A DNA stretch of 64,000 nucleotides, from assembly GCA_963724825.1 (NCBI GenBank), contig CAVRWT010000020.1, forward strand, positions 45,327 through 109,326. The letters run 5' to 3'. The notes under the pieces were generated by a model. It ran no database searches. It was not told the DNA's origin and worked only from the letters and a program-made list of their open reading frames with translations. The position numbers and the translations under genes are program-made. Positions 55,286 to 64,000 of the stretch are shown piece by piece. The number at the start of each line of letters is the position of its first letter. Positions within the stretch are counted from its first letter, which is position 1. Source of the DNA: an uncultured Acidobacteriota bacterium (GTDB lineage Bacteria; Actinomycetota; Acidimicrobiia; Spongiisociales; ZC4RG35).

Positions 55286-55495
55286 TCAGCCGAAGGAGTT
55301 GCCGCACCCCGGGCAGCGGGCATCCTCCTCTTTGGTAGGCCCATAACACCATGGGCATGGCAGATCGTCGCCTCGCTCGTCCCGTGGCGTGACCACCAGT
55401 TGAGGATCGATCCTGTACTGATGGTTTCCGCGTATCCCCTTAGCCAAAGCGAACAGACCTGTTGTAGCGGTCGCTGCAACCAATGCTTCGAACAC
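55286..55495 (-). CDS. small protein with N-terminal hydrophobic helix and C-terminal zinc ribbon
   Basis: CPWC...CPGC pairs. 69 aa. Confidence 0.45.
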   Translation of the reverse strand: MFEALVAATATTGLFALAKGIRGNHQYRIDPQLVVTPRDERGDDLPCPWCYGPTKEEDARCPGCGNSFG

Positions 55496-55566
55496 CAGTC
55501 CGTCCTCCTTGCTCCAGCCAGGAGAGGCTAAGGCGGGCAGTGCTGAATTTCGCGGATTTCGCCGGG

Positions 55567-56397
55567 CTAGGTGCCGAGGACCGCTTCGGTGAGGTCATCC
55601 ACCAGATATTGGAGGCTGCCCAGCCGGCCCTCTCGGACCTCGGCGGCCTCGAGCATCATCATCGCCGCGTGATAGGCGACCCACGGCCGGTAGCGACTCT
55701 CGGGAAGCTCGGCGCCGTACCCAGAGCGGAAGGAGGCGGCGGCGTCCTCGCCGATGTTGCGCGCCAGTTGCCACACCGCCAAGGTCAGATCCCATTCGGA
55801 CGGGGCGAGCGTTGCCCACTCCCAGTCCACGATGGTGACCTTGCCCTCCTCGTCGATGACGAACTTCGACAGAACGGGCTTGGTGTGTGCGGGGACAGGG
55901 ACAGTGGCCAGCGGAGGCTCCAACTCGAGAGCTTTGTCCAAGACCACTTGCTCCATGCCGAAGCGCCTCCGATAACGCCCGAGACGCTCGATTGTCGAGC
56001 GGTAGTGGCTCAGCACGTAATCGGAGTCGATCCCGGCGGCAAGGTTGGTTATCTGGGCCCCGGAGGTGTGGATCCCGCGCAGGGCAGCGCCGGAAGCCTC
56101 CACCGCGTCGAGGTTCTTGGGGAGGTTGGCGAGGTTCCAGTGGCCTCCGTCAGTCGTCTTGAGCCAGGCCATGTCGCCCTCGAGCCCGTAATTGATGACA
56201 CGAGGGACGGAAGGAGCTGCGGCGAGCGCCTCGAGGGCGTGACGTTCCCGTCGCTCGCGCGAGGCGACCGGGTACACCTTGACGATCGTGCTCTGATTCT
56301 CGGTTTCGAGAATCCGGAAAACCTTGTTTGCGCCTGACGAAAGCTCTCGAACAGTCCCACTCGGGTTGAGACTCACAACTAACTCTCGTGCATCCAT
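55567..56397 (-). CDS. aminoglycoside-phosphotransferase-fold (APH/choline kinase family) kinase
   Basis: Brenner-like segment VTIVDWEWATLAPSEWDL and N-lobe IVKVY. ATG at 56397. Confidence 0.7.
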   Translation of the reverse strand: MDARELVVSLNPSGTVRELSSGANKVFRILETENQSTIVKVYPVASRERRERHALEALAAAPSVPRVINYGLEGDMAWLKTTDGGHWNLANLPKNLDAVEASGAALRGIHTSGAQITNLAAGIDSDYVLSHYRSTIERLGRYRRRFGMEQVVLDKALELEPPLATVPVPAHTKPVLSKFVIDEEGKVTIVDWEWATLAPSEWDLTLAVWQLARNIGEDAAASFRSGYGAELPESRYRPWVAYHAAMMMLEAAEVREGRLGSLQYLVDDLTEAVLGT

Positions 56398-56490
56398 ACC
56401 CTGATTTCCCCTCGTTGCGGGCAACACCGGCCAGACTGCTCTGGCTGGCAGTTAGCCTCTGGCGCGCTTCAGGCTAGCGAGATATAACCC

Positions 56491-58425
56491 GTGCCAATAG
56501 AGCTTCGTTACCCGGATGGGAAGGTCGTCGAACACGCCGACGGGTCCACCGCGCTCGATGTGGCGGAGTCGATCGGCCCTCGATTGGCCAAGGCGGCGGT
56601 CGCCGCGAAGATCAATGGGGACCTGGTCGATTTGTCCCGACCCATCGCCGAAAGCGGCGATTTCGCGGTAGTGACGCTCGATAGTCCGGAGGGCCTCGAC
56701 GTCCTCCGACACTCCTCGGCCCATGTCCTGGCGCAGGCGGTGCTCGGGCTTTTCGACGATTCGACCTTCGCCATCGGCCCCGCGATCGAAGACGGCTTCT
56801 ACTACGACTTCAAGGTCGATCGACCCTTCACCCCCGAAGACCTCGAGCAGATCGAGCAGCGCATGCGGGAGATCATCGCCGCCGATCAGCCATTCACCCG
56901 GGAAGGGGTTTCCAGGGATGAGGCACTCGAGATCTTCTCCCGACATCCGTTCAAGAAGGAGATCATCGAGGGGGTGGACCCCGGCGAGGGGGCGGCCGGA
57001 GAGCAGGTGACCCTCTATCGCAACCTCGATTTCGTCGACCTCTGCCGGGGCCCGCATCTGCCCTCGACCGGCAGAATCCCGGCGGTCAAGCTGTTGCGAA
57101 GCTCCGGGGCATATTGGCGGGGCGACGAGAACCGGGAGCAGTTGCAGCGCATCTATGGGACTTCGTGGCCCTCCAACGCCCAGTTGGAAGAGCACCTGAC
57201 CCGTCTCGAGGAAGCCGAGAAGCGGGACCACCGGAAACTCGGTCCCGAGCTCGACCTGTTCAGCTTCCCAGCCGAGCTCGGATCGGGCCTCAGCGTCTGG
57301 CACCCGAAGGGGGGCATGCTTCGCAAGACGATCGAAGACCACAGCCGCACCCTTCACGAGCGTTTCGGATTCGAGTTCGTGTTCACGCCTCATCTGGCCA
57401 AGGCCGACTTGTGGAAGACCTCGGGCCACCTCGACTACTACGACGAGAACATGTACCCGGGCATGGAGCTCGACAACGACCAGGAGTACCGGGTCAAGCC
57501 GATGAACTGCCCCGGCCATGTCCTCATCTACAAGAGCAAGGGCCGTTCCTACCGCGAGCTGCCGATCCGGCTCTCCGAGCTGGGAGGCGTCTACCGGTAT
57601 GAGAAGTCCGGGGTCGTCCACGGCCTGTTGCGGGCCCGGGGTTTCACCCAGGACGATTCCCACACCTTCTGCACCGCCGAGCAGCTGCCATCCGAGCTCG
57701 ACCGGCACCTCGACTTCGTCCTCACCTGGCTGCGCGACTTCGGATTCACCGAGTTCGAGGCCGATCTCAGCACCCAACCGGCGAAATCGGTTGGGGAGCA
57801 GTCACGTTGGGAGGTGAGTGAGAAGGCGCTCGCCGACTCCCTCGATCAAAAAGGGGTTCGCTACCGGATAGCCGAAGGAGAAGGGGCCTTCTACGGCCCG
57901 AAGATCGACGTCCACGTCAAGGATGCCATCGGGCGCCGCTGGCAGGTCTCGACGATCCAGCTCGACTTCACCCTCCCTGAGCGGTTCGGCCTCGAATACA
58001 CCGCATCGGGCAACGTCCAGGAGCGCCCCTACATGATCCACTGCGCCAAGGCGGGCTCCATCGAGCGCTTCGTCGGGGTGTTGGTCGAGCACTACGCCGG
58101 CGCCTTCCCGATGTGGCTGGCCCCGGTTCAGGTCTCGGTGATCCCGGTGGCCGACCGTCACCACGAATACGCAAACTCCGTCGCCGCGAAGCTGCGTGAC
58201 CCGGGGTTGCGGGTCGAGGTGGACGAGAGCGAGGAGACCGTGGGGGAGAAGATCCGCCGCGCCCTCAGCCAGAAGCACCCGGCCGTGGTCGTCGTGGGCG
58301 ATCAGGACGTCGAGAACTCGACTGTGGGGCTGCGCCTCTACGGCGAGGAGAGGGACACCAGAGACGTCCCCTTGATCGAGGCCACCAACCGTCTCGTCGA
58401 ACTGGCGAAGAGACCGGTGTCGTGA
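56491..58425 (+). CDS. thrS: threonine--tRNA ligase
   Basis: TGS domain, editing-domain HSSAHVLAQA, and class II motifs (FRYE-like YRYEKSG, GAFYGPK). GTG start. Confidence 0.95.
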   Translation: MPIELRYPDGKVVEHADGSTALDVAESIGPRLAKAAVAAKINGDLVDLSRPIAESGDFAVVTLDSPEGLDVLRHSSAHVLAQAVLGLFDDSTFAIGPAIEDGFYYDFKVDRPFTPEDLEQIEQRMREIIAADQPFTREGVSRDEALEIFSRHPFKKEIIEGVDPGEGAAGEQVTLYRNLDFVDLCRGPHLPSTGRIPAVKLLRSSGAYWRGDENREQLQRIYGTSWPSNAQLEEHLTRLEEAEKRDHRKLGPELDLFSFPAELGSGLSVWHPKGGMLRKTIEDHSRTLHERFGFEFVFTPHLAKADLWKTSGHLDYYDENMYPGMELDNDQEYRVKPMNCPGHVLIYKSKGRSYRELPIRLSELGGVYRYEKSGVVHGLLRARGFTQDDSHTFCTAEQLPSELDRHLDFVLTWLRDFGFTEFEADLSTQPAKSVGEQSRWEVSEKALADSLDQKGVRYRIAEGEGAFYGPKIDVHVKDAIGRRWQVSTIQLDFTLPERFGLEYTASGNVQERPYMIHCAKAGSIERFVGVLVEHYAGAFPMWLAPVQVSVIPVADRHHEYANSVAAKLRDPGLRVEVDESEETVGEKIRRALSQKHPAVVVVGDQDVENSTVGLRLYGEERDTRDVPLIEATNRLVELAKRPVS

Positions 58426-58913
58426 CCGAACCGGACTCAGCGCGGGTGGATCGCGAAGGGATTCACATCGAGCGGGATCTGGCGGACTCCATCTCGATCG
58501 AGGAGGAGCTCGACTCCAATGTGGTCGGGCCCTATCGCTTCCCCTCGCCGATGCGTCGCCGGATCGCAGGATGGGTCTTCGTGGTCGGAGCGGTGCTAAC
58601 TGTGATTCTTCTCGACGACGGATGGATCCCGGCCATCGGCTTCGTGGCCCTGGCGCTCTGGCAATTCGCCTCGGCATGGCCGCTCAACATCGATGAGCAT
58701 CGTGCCCTCTCCATCGCCGGCGCCGCGGTCGATTTCCCGGTGGGTCACGCTTCGGCAGCGGTCACCTTTCGCGGGTTCCGGTCGGTCCCGAGGTGGAGCG
58801 TGGTCCTCTATTCGGCGGTGGAGCCGCCGGACCAACGAGCCCTGGTCGTGGTCGACGCGGTGACCGGCGAGCTTGCCGAGGAGCCGTACGTGGAGGACGT
58901 TCCCGAGGTGTGA
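58422..58913 (+). CDS. hypothetical membrane protein
   Basis: 163 aa with two central TM helices. The start overlaps the thrS stop (GTGA). Confidence 0.5.
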   Translation: MTEPDSARVDREGIHIERDLADSISIEEELDSNVVGPYRFPSPMRRRIAGWVFVVGAVLTVILLDDGWIPAIGFVALALWQFASAWPLNIDEHRALSIAGAAVDFPVGHASAAVTFRGFRSVPRWSVVLYSAVEPPDQRALVVVDAVTGELAEEPYVEDVPEV

Positions 58914-58914
58914 C

Positions 58915-60198
58915 TCAGCGCTCGTCCACCGGGACGAAGTCCCTGGGGGCGGGCCCGATATACACCTGGCGCGGCCTGAAGATCTTGGTTTCCGAGTCCG
59001 ACATCAGCTCGCGCCATTGCGAGATCCACCCCGGAAGCCGGCCGAGGGCGAATAGGACGGTGAACATGTCCGTCGGGAAGCCCATGGCCCGGTAGAGGAT
59101 CCCCGAGTAGAAGTCCACGTTCGGATAGAGCTTGCGGCTGATGAAGTAGTCGTCGGAGAGGGCGACTTCCTCGAGCTGCATGGCGACGTCGAGCAGGGAA
59201 TCGTCCACGCCCAAGGCATCGAGGACCTCATCGGTCGCCTGCTTGATGATCCGGGCCCGGGGATCGAAGTTCTTGTAGACCCGATGCCCGAAGCCCATCA
59301 GACGGAACGGATCGTCCTTGTCCTTGGCCCGGTCGATCCACTTCGAGATCTCTCCGCCGTCCGCCACGATCATCTCGAGCATGGCGAGGACCGCCTCGTT
59401 GGCCCCTCCGTGAAGCGGCCCGGAGAGGGCATGGATTCCCGCCGAGACCGAGCTGAAGATGTTGGCCTGACCCGAGCCGACGAGCCGCACCGCCGACGAT
59501 GAGCAGTTCTGACCGTGGTCAGCGTGGAGGATCAGCAGCAGGTTGAGCGCCTTGGCCACCACCGGATCGGGCTCGTAGTCCTCGGCTGGCACCGAGAACA
59601 TCATTTTGAGGAAGTTCGACGCGTAGTCGAGCTCGTTGTCCGGATAGACGTAGGGCTGGTGGACCCGGTACTTGTAGCACCAGGCGATCATCGTCGGGGT
59701 CTTGGCGATGAGGCGTCGAGCGCTGATGTCAACCGACTCCTCGTCCATCGGGTCGAGGGCGTCGGGGTAATAGGTGGCAAGCGCCGAAGTTGCCGAGGCG
59801 AGGATCTGCATCGGGTGCGCCGAGTGGGGGAAGGCCTCGAACAGGTACTTCACGTCCTCGCGGAGCAGGGTGTGGCGGGTGATGCTCTCCTCGTACTCCT
59901 CCAGCTGGTCCTTGGTGGGGAGCTCTCCGTATTGGAGGAGGTAGACCACTTCGATGAAGGATGCCTGGGCCGCAAGCTGCTCGATGGGATACCCGCGGTA
60001 GCTGAGAACCCCTTCCTCGCCGCCGACGTAGCTGACCGATGAGGTGCTCTCGGCGGTGTTGGCGAAACCGCGGTCGATCGTGATCAGGCCCAGCCCGGAG
60101 CGGATCCCTGCGATCTCCATCCCGGTTTCGCTCACCGTGCCTGTCACGGTGGGAAGTGAGAGTTCCTTGTCTCCGTACCGGAGAACCGCATCCGCCAT
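58915..60198 (-). CDS. gltA: citrate synthase
   Basis: HADHGQNCSS and GFGHRVYK catalytic motifs. ATG at 60198 preceded by GGAAGGA. Confidence 0.95.
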   Translation of the reverse strand: MADAVLRYGDKELSLPTVTGTVSETGMEIAGIRSGLGLITIDRGFANTAESTSSVSYVGGEEGVLSYRGYPIEQLAAQASFIEVVYLLQYGELPTKDQLEEYEESITRHTLLREDVKYLFEAFPHSAHPMQILASATSALATYYPDALDPMDEESVDISARRLIAKTPTMIAWCYKYRVHQPYVYPDNELDYASNFLKMMFSVPAEDYEPDPVVAKALNLLLILHADHGQNCSSSAVRLVGSGQANIFSSVSAGIHALSGPLHGGANEAVLAMLEMIVADGGEISKWIDRAKDKDDPFRLMGFGHRVYKNFDPRARIIKQATDEVLDALGVDDSLLDVAMQLEEVALSDDYFISRKLYPNVDFYSGILYRAMGFPTDMFTVLFALGRLPGWISQWRELMSDSETKIFRPRQVYIGPAPRDFVPVDER

Positions 60199-60222
60199 TG
60201 TCAAGGTCCTTCCTGGGCTGGG

Positions 60223-62274
60223 TCAGTCGTCAGAGGGCCGGGCCGCCGCGATCACAGCTTGCGCCTCAGCATGAGGTACTTCTGCGTAATGATCGAATTC
60301 CATCTCGAAACTACCTCGTCCTGAGGTCAATGATCGCAGCTCGGCGGCGTACTGCTGGATCTCGGCCATCGGAACCTGGGCGACGACAGAGCGGAGATTT
60401 CCCTCTCCCTCCATCCCGAGGACCCGGCCCCGCTTGGAATTGACGTCTCCCATGACATCTCCCAGGTAGTCCTCGGGGACGCTGATCGTGACCTTCATCA
60501 CGGGTTCGAGGAGGATGGGGCCCAGGCTGGTGGCTGCAGCTTTGACTGCCTGGATGCCAGCCATCCGAAACGACATCTCGTCAGAGTCAACCGCGTGGAA
60601 CTTGCCGTCGAAGACTTCGGCTGAGATGTCGGTGACGGGGAAGCCGGCGAGGATGCCTCGGGTCAATGACTCCTGGATCCCTTTGTCGACCGCTGGGATG
60701 AACTGGCGGGGGATCGACCCCCCTTTGATCGAGTCGATGTACTGATAGCCCGAGCCACGGGGGAGTGGGGCGAACTTGACGAAGGCGACCCCGAACTGGC
60801 CGCGGCCACCGCTCTGCTTCTTGTGTTTGCCCTCGGCCTGGCCGGAGGTGGTGATGGTCTCGCGGTAGGGGATGATGGGGAGCGTCGACTTGACCTCGAC
60901 CCCGAACTTGCGGTGGATTCGGGCGAGGGTGACATCGAGATGGCTGTCACCCAAACCGGCGATGATCGTCTCACCGGTGTCCGGCCTTCGTTCGATTCTG
61001 ACCGTCGGATCCTCCTCCTCGATGCGATGCAGCGCCGTGGAGAGCTTTTCCTCGTCGTGGTGGGAGACCGGGGTGATCGCGAATTCGGCGACCGGCTTCG
61101 GGTAGACGACGGGGTCGATGACCGCGTTCACGCCGGGGGATCGAATCGTGTCCCCGACCTTGACGTTGTCCAGCTTGGCCACCGCCCCGATGCCGCCGGC
61201 GGGCAGGTCGGCGACGTCGGTGTGGTCCTTGCCCTGGAGCTTGAAGAGGTTGTGGAGCCTGATCTTCCCGCCACGCGCCAGCTCCAACTCCTGGTCGGCC
61301 TTCACGGTGCCTGAAAAGATGCGAAACATCGAGATCCGTCCGACGAAGGGGTCAGAGACGGTCTTGAAGACATAGGCCAGGACCGGGCCGTCGGTGGATG
61401 GGGCGAAGGTGTCGCCTGCGGAGAGCCGGGGAATCGGTCGCTCCAGGGGATGCGGCCCGTAGTCGACGATGAATTCGGCGACGAAGTCGACTCCGATCAT
61501 CCGCTCGGCGGACGTGACCAGGACCGGGTGAATAGTCCCCTCGAGGATTCCGTGATGGATCGTCTCGACGATCTTCTCGCGGGTGGGCTCGGTACCGTCG
61601 AGATAGGCCTCGAGCATCTCGTCGTCGGTCTCGACGACCGTTTCGACGAGAGCGGTGTGTGCCGCGTGGACCAGGGTCTCGACCTCGGCCGGGAGAGGGA
61701 TCTCCGCGCCGTTCTTGGCGTCCTTGGCATAGGTGTAGGCCCGTTCCGTGGCCACCCGGACCAGGCCACTGAGGCCATCCTCGGCACCGATCGGAACCTG
61801 GATCGGAGCGATCGCCTTCCCGAAGGATTCACGAAGCTGTTCGAGAGTCCGCTCGAAGGAGGAGCGATCGCGGTCGAGCTTGGTGACCACCACCGCCCGG
61901 GCGATGCCCTCCTCGGCCGCCACCTTCCACAGTTGCTCGGTTTGCACTTCGATGCCGTCCACCCCTGACACCACGAAGAGGGCGAGGTCTGCTGCCTTGA
62001 TCGCAGCCCGGGCATCTCCGGAGAAGTCGCCGGAGCCAGGAGTGTCGATCAGATTGATCGTGTGCCCTTGCCACTCGAGGCTGGCCACCGAAAGCCCGAG
62101 GGAGATCCCTCGCTCGATTTCCTCCGGCTCGTGGTCGAGGATCGTGGTTCCCTGTTCGACAGATCCGCGGCGGCTGGTCGCCCCGGCGACAAAGAGAAGG
62201 GTCTCGGCCAGGGTCGTCTTGCCGCTTCCCCCATGCCCAACCAGCGCCACATTGCGCACTTTCTCGGGTACCAC
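60223..62274 (-). CDS. elongation factor G paralogue (EF-G2-like GTPase)
   Basis: G1 GHGGSGKTT, G3 DTPG, G4 TKLD, and EF-G domains II-V. It is not in a str operon context. Confidence 0.8.
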   Translation of the reverse strand: MVPEKVRNVALVGHGGSGKTTLAETLLFVAGATSRRGSVEQGTTILDHEPEEIERGISLGLSVASLEWQGHTINLIDTPGSGDFSGDARAAIKAADLALFVVSGVDGIEVQTEQLWKVAAEEGIARAVVVTKLDRDRSSFERTLEQLRESFGKAIAPIQVPIGAEDGLSGLVRVATERAYTYAKDAKNGAEIPLPAEVETLVHAAHTALVETVVETDDEMLEAYLDGTEPTREKIVETIHHGILEGTIHPVLVTSAERMIGVDFVAEFIVDYGPHPLERPIPRLSAGDTFAPSTDGPVLAYVFKTVSDPFVGRISMFRIFSGTVKADQELELARGGKIRLHNLFKLQGKDHTDVADLPAGGIGAVAKLDNVKVGDTIRSPGVNAVIDPVVYPKPVAEFAITPVSHHDEEKLSTALHRIEEEDPTVRIERRPDTGETIIAGLGDSHLDVTLARIHRKFGVEVKSTLPIIPYRETITTSGQAEGKHKKQSGGRGQFGVAFVKFAPLPRGSGYQYIDSIKGGSIPRQFIPAVDKGIQESLTRGILAGFPVTDISAEVFDGKFHAVDSDEMSFRMAGIQAVKAAATSLGPILLEPVMKVTISVPEDYLGDVMGDVNSKRGRVLGMEGEGNLRSVVAQVPMAEIQQYAAELRSLTSGRGSFEMEFDHYAEVPHAEAQAVIAAARPSDD

Positions 62275-62357
62275 AGGACCTCCTCGTCAAGGGTGAAGCG
62301 TCGATCCTAACCCTGGTGTGGGGCAGGTTTCCCGGGTGCCTGCTACTTTGCTAGGTC

Positions 62358-62927
62358 GTGATCGACATGCGGGTTCGACCCCGCGTAACCCGGTTTTTGG
62401 AGCCAATCGGCAAAGCCCTCGCCTCGATCGGCGTCACCCCGACCGTCATTACCTTCCTCGGGCTAGGGGTGGTCGTCGTCGGCTCGGTGATGATCGCCTC
62501 TGGGCTGCCCCGTTCCGGCGCTGCCGTCGTGCTCGCCGGTGCGTTGCTCGACGGCCTCGATGGGTCGGTGGCGCGGGCATCCGGGCTGGTGTCCCCACGC
62601 GGGGCTTTCCTGGATTCGGCATTCGACCGGATGGGGGAGATCGCCGCCTTCGCCGGTCTCGGCTTCTACCGGGCTGGATTTCCGAGGGAGTTGCTGCTGA
62701 TCGTGCTTGCGATCGGCGGGGCGATGTTGGTCCCCTACATGCGGGCCCGGGCCGAAGCCGAGGGCTTTGACGGGAGGGGAGGCCTGATGGGGAGGGCCGA
62801 GCGGGTCCTGTTGTTCAGCCTTGGACTGATCTTCGGCCTTGTCGAGCCGATGCTGTGGGTGTTTGTCGTGTTGGTCTGGCTGACCGCCCTCGTCCGGTTC
62901 GTCAACACCTACCGTTCCTTCGAGTGA
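62358..62927 (+). CDS. pgsA1: CDP-alcohol phosphatidyltransferase, probable phosphatidylinositol-phosphate synthase
   Basis: DGLDGSVAR...G..LDS..DR motif. It is followed by acyltransferase and pimA-like genes, as in mycobacteria. Confidence 0.75.
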   Translation: MIDMRVRPRVTRFLEPIGKALASIGVTPTVITFLGLGVVVVGSVMIASGLPRSGAAVVLAGALLDGLDGSVARASGLVSPRGAFLDSAFDRMGEIAAFAGLGFYRAGFPRELLLIVLAIGGAMLVPYMRARAEAEGFDGRGGLMGRAERVLLFSLGLIFGLVEPMLWVFVVLVWLTALVRFVNTYRSFE

Positions 62928-63799
62928 AGGACTATCTCGGGTATCTGGCTCTTCGAGCCGGTGTCGGCCTGGTTGGCCTGCTCCCGGCCGGAGCGGCTCG
63001 CGGCTTGGGCCGCGCATTCGGCTGGTGTTGGCACCTATTCGCCGGCGGGCGCCGGCGAATGGCGGAGCGACACATGCGGCGTGTCCTCGGAGAGGGTGCG
63101 GACGTCGAGGCCGCCGCCAAGGCAGTCATGGTCTCCTACGGGCGATATTGGGCTGAGACTCTCTGGGTCCGACCCAGAAGGGTGCCTGAGATGAGGCGCC
63201 ACACCGAGGTCGAGGGCCTCGAATACTTGACCGAAGCCCGTGACGCCGGGAAGGGCATGATCTTCGCCCTTCCCCACATGGGCAACTGGGACGTGGCGGC
63301 GCCGGTTGCGGTCTACGAGAGGATCCCTGTGGTCGCCGTGGCTGAGCGGCTCGCCAATCAGCGAATCACCGATTGGTTCACCAGGATGAGGGCCGGTTTC
63401 GGGATCGAGATCGTCCTCGCAACGGGAAGCACCGAAGTGATGAGGAAACTCGAGGAAGCCCTCGCCAACAACAAGGGAGTAGCCCTGCTTGCTGACCGCG
63501 ATCTCAAGGGGCGGGGCGTCGAGGTCGAGTTCTTCGGTGAGGCCACCACGCTGCCGCCAGGTCCGGCCACGCTGGCACTTCGGAGCGGGGCCCCGATATT
63601 CCCCATTACCTCCTATTTCCGGCCCAAGGGCCATCGCCTGGAGATCACGTCTCCCGTCTCGATACCGGAGACCGGGTCCCGCACCGAGAAGATCGAAGCG
63701 ATCACACAGGAATTGGCCCACCGCATGGAGAAGATGATCTCCGACGACCCACAGCAGTGGCACCTGGTGGTTCCCAACTGGCCGTCTGACCGCAAGTGA
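62924..63799 (+). CDS. lysophospholipid (HtrB/LpxL-family) acyltransferase, PatA-like PIM acyltransferase
   Basis: LPHMGNWD (HX4D-type) motif. GTG at 62924 overlaps the upstream stop. Confidence 0.75.
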   Translation: MKDYLGYLALRAGVGLVGLLPAGAARGLGRAFGWCWHLFAGGRRRMAERHMRRVLGEGADVEAAAKAVMVSYGRYWAETLWVRPRRVPEMRRHTEVEGLEYLTEARDAGKGMIFALPHMGNWDVAAPVAVYERIPVVAVAERLANQRITDWFTRMRAGFGIEIVLATGSTEVMRKLEEALANNKGVALLADRDLKGRGVEVEFFGEATTLPPGPATLALRSGAPIFPITSYFRPKGHRLEITSPVSIPETGSRTEKIEAITQELAHRMEKMISDDPQQWHLVVPNWPSDRK

Positions 63800-64000
63800 G
63801 CCTGCGGGTCGGCCTGGTCAGCCCCTACGACCTCTCGGTTCCCGGGGGAGTCCAATCCCAGGTTCTGGGCCTGGCCGGCTACCTCGAAGGAGAAGGGGTT
63901 GACCCGGTGGTGATCGGGCCTGGTCTGCCTTCGGGAGTAGACGGTGTCGACTTGGGGCGAAGCGTTGCGGTCCCGGGCAACGGCTCCAAGGTCCCGATCG
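63796..64000 (+). CDS. pimA: GT4 glycosyltransferase, PimA-like (5' partial, continues beyond window)
   Basis: LRVGLVSPYDLSVPGGVQSQV N-terminus typical of PimA. GTG overlaps the upstream stop. The symbol rests on operon context. Confidence 0.65.
   Translation, partial: MSLRVGLVSPYDLSVPGGVQSQVLGLAGYLEGEGVDPVVIGPGLPSGVDGVDLGRSVAVPGNGSKVPI

Noticed and set aside
56428-56490. Possible T-box or leader upstream of thrS
   Set aside because: At 63 nt it is too short for a T-box, and no specifier or antiterminator elements are visible.
56452-57777. 441-aa ORF on the - strand
   Set aside because: It is antisense to thrS and is a shadow ORF.

Overview
High-GC actinobacterial chromosomal segment of mostly core genes, with about 75 protein genes and 4 tRNAs. 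Gene order parallels the mycobacterial dapA-rnj-ftsK, recA, miaB-miaA-dapF, lexA/chiZ-like/nrdR and thrS, pgsA1-acyltransferase-pimA neighbourhoods. RNase Y, an RRM protein and an archaeal-type GAPDH homologue suggest a non-mycobacterial lineage, possibly Acidimicrobiia (inference only). Other content: a Zur-controlled metal ABC importer, a 2-oxoacid dehydrogenase E1a/E1b/E2 operon, a RamB-like regulator with aceB-aceA, a vapBC-like module, F420-type LLM oxidoreductases, kynureninase, mshD, citrate synthase and an EF-G paralogue. Main observations: (1) A roughly 60-nt GC-rich double-hairpin repeat, which I do not recognise, occurs at three loci. Two of these lie inside coding sequence (the E2 linker and the mshD interdomain linker) and one is intergenic (rimO-cinA). 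Full copies are stop-free in all six frames, which resembles RPE behaviour. (2) In E2 a 29-nt tandem duplication inside the repeat cluster breaks the reading frame, and removing one copy restores a single ORF of about 473 aa. (3) tRNA-Val(GAC) is followed by two nested direct repeats of its 3' end bracketing lower-GC islets with no integrase. (4) At least 8-10 single-nucleotide frame disruptions fall in accessory genes while the long housekeeping genes are intact, so this is either gene decay or indel-prone assembly. (5) The lexA/chiZ-like spacer holds five SOS boxes, and recA carries an SOS box plus a RecA-NDp-type motif. (6) miaA has no canonical start codon, only a CTG overlapping the miaB stop. 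No CRISPR array, rRNA, transposase or integrase was seen.
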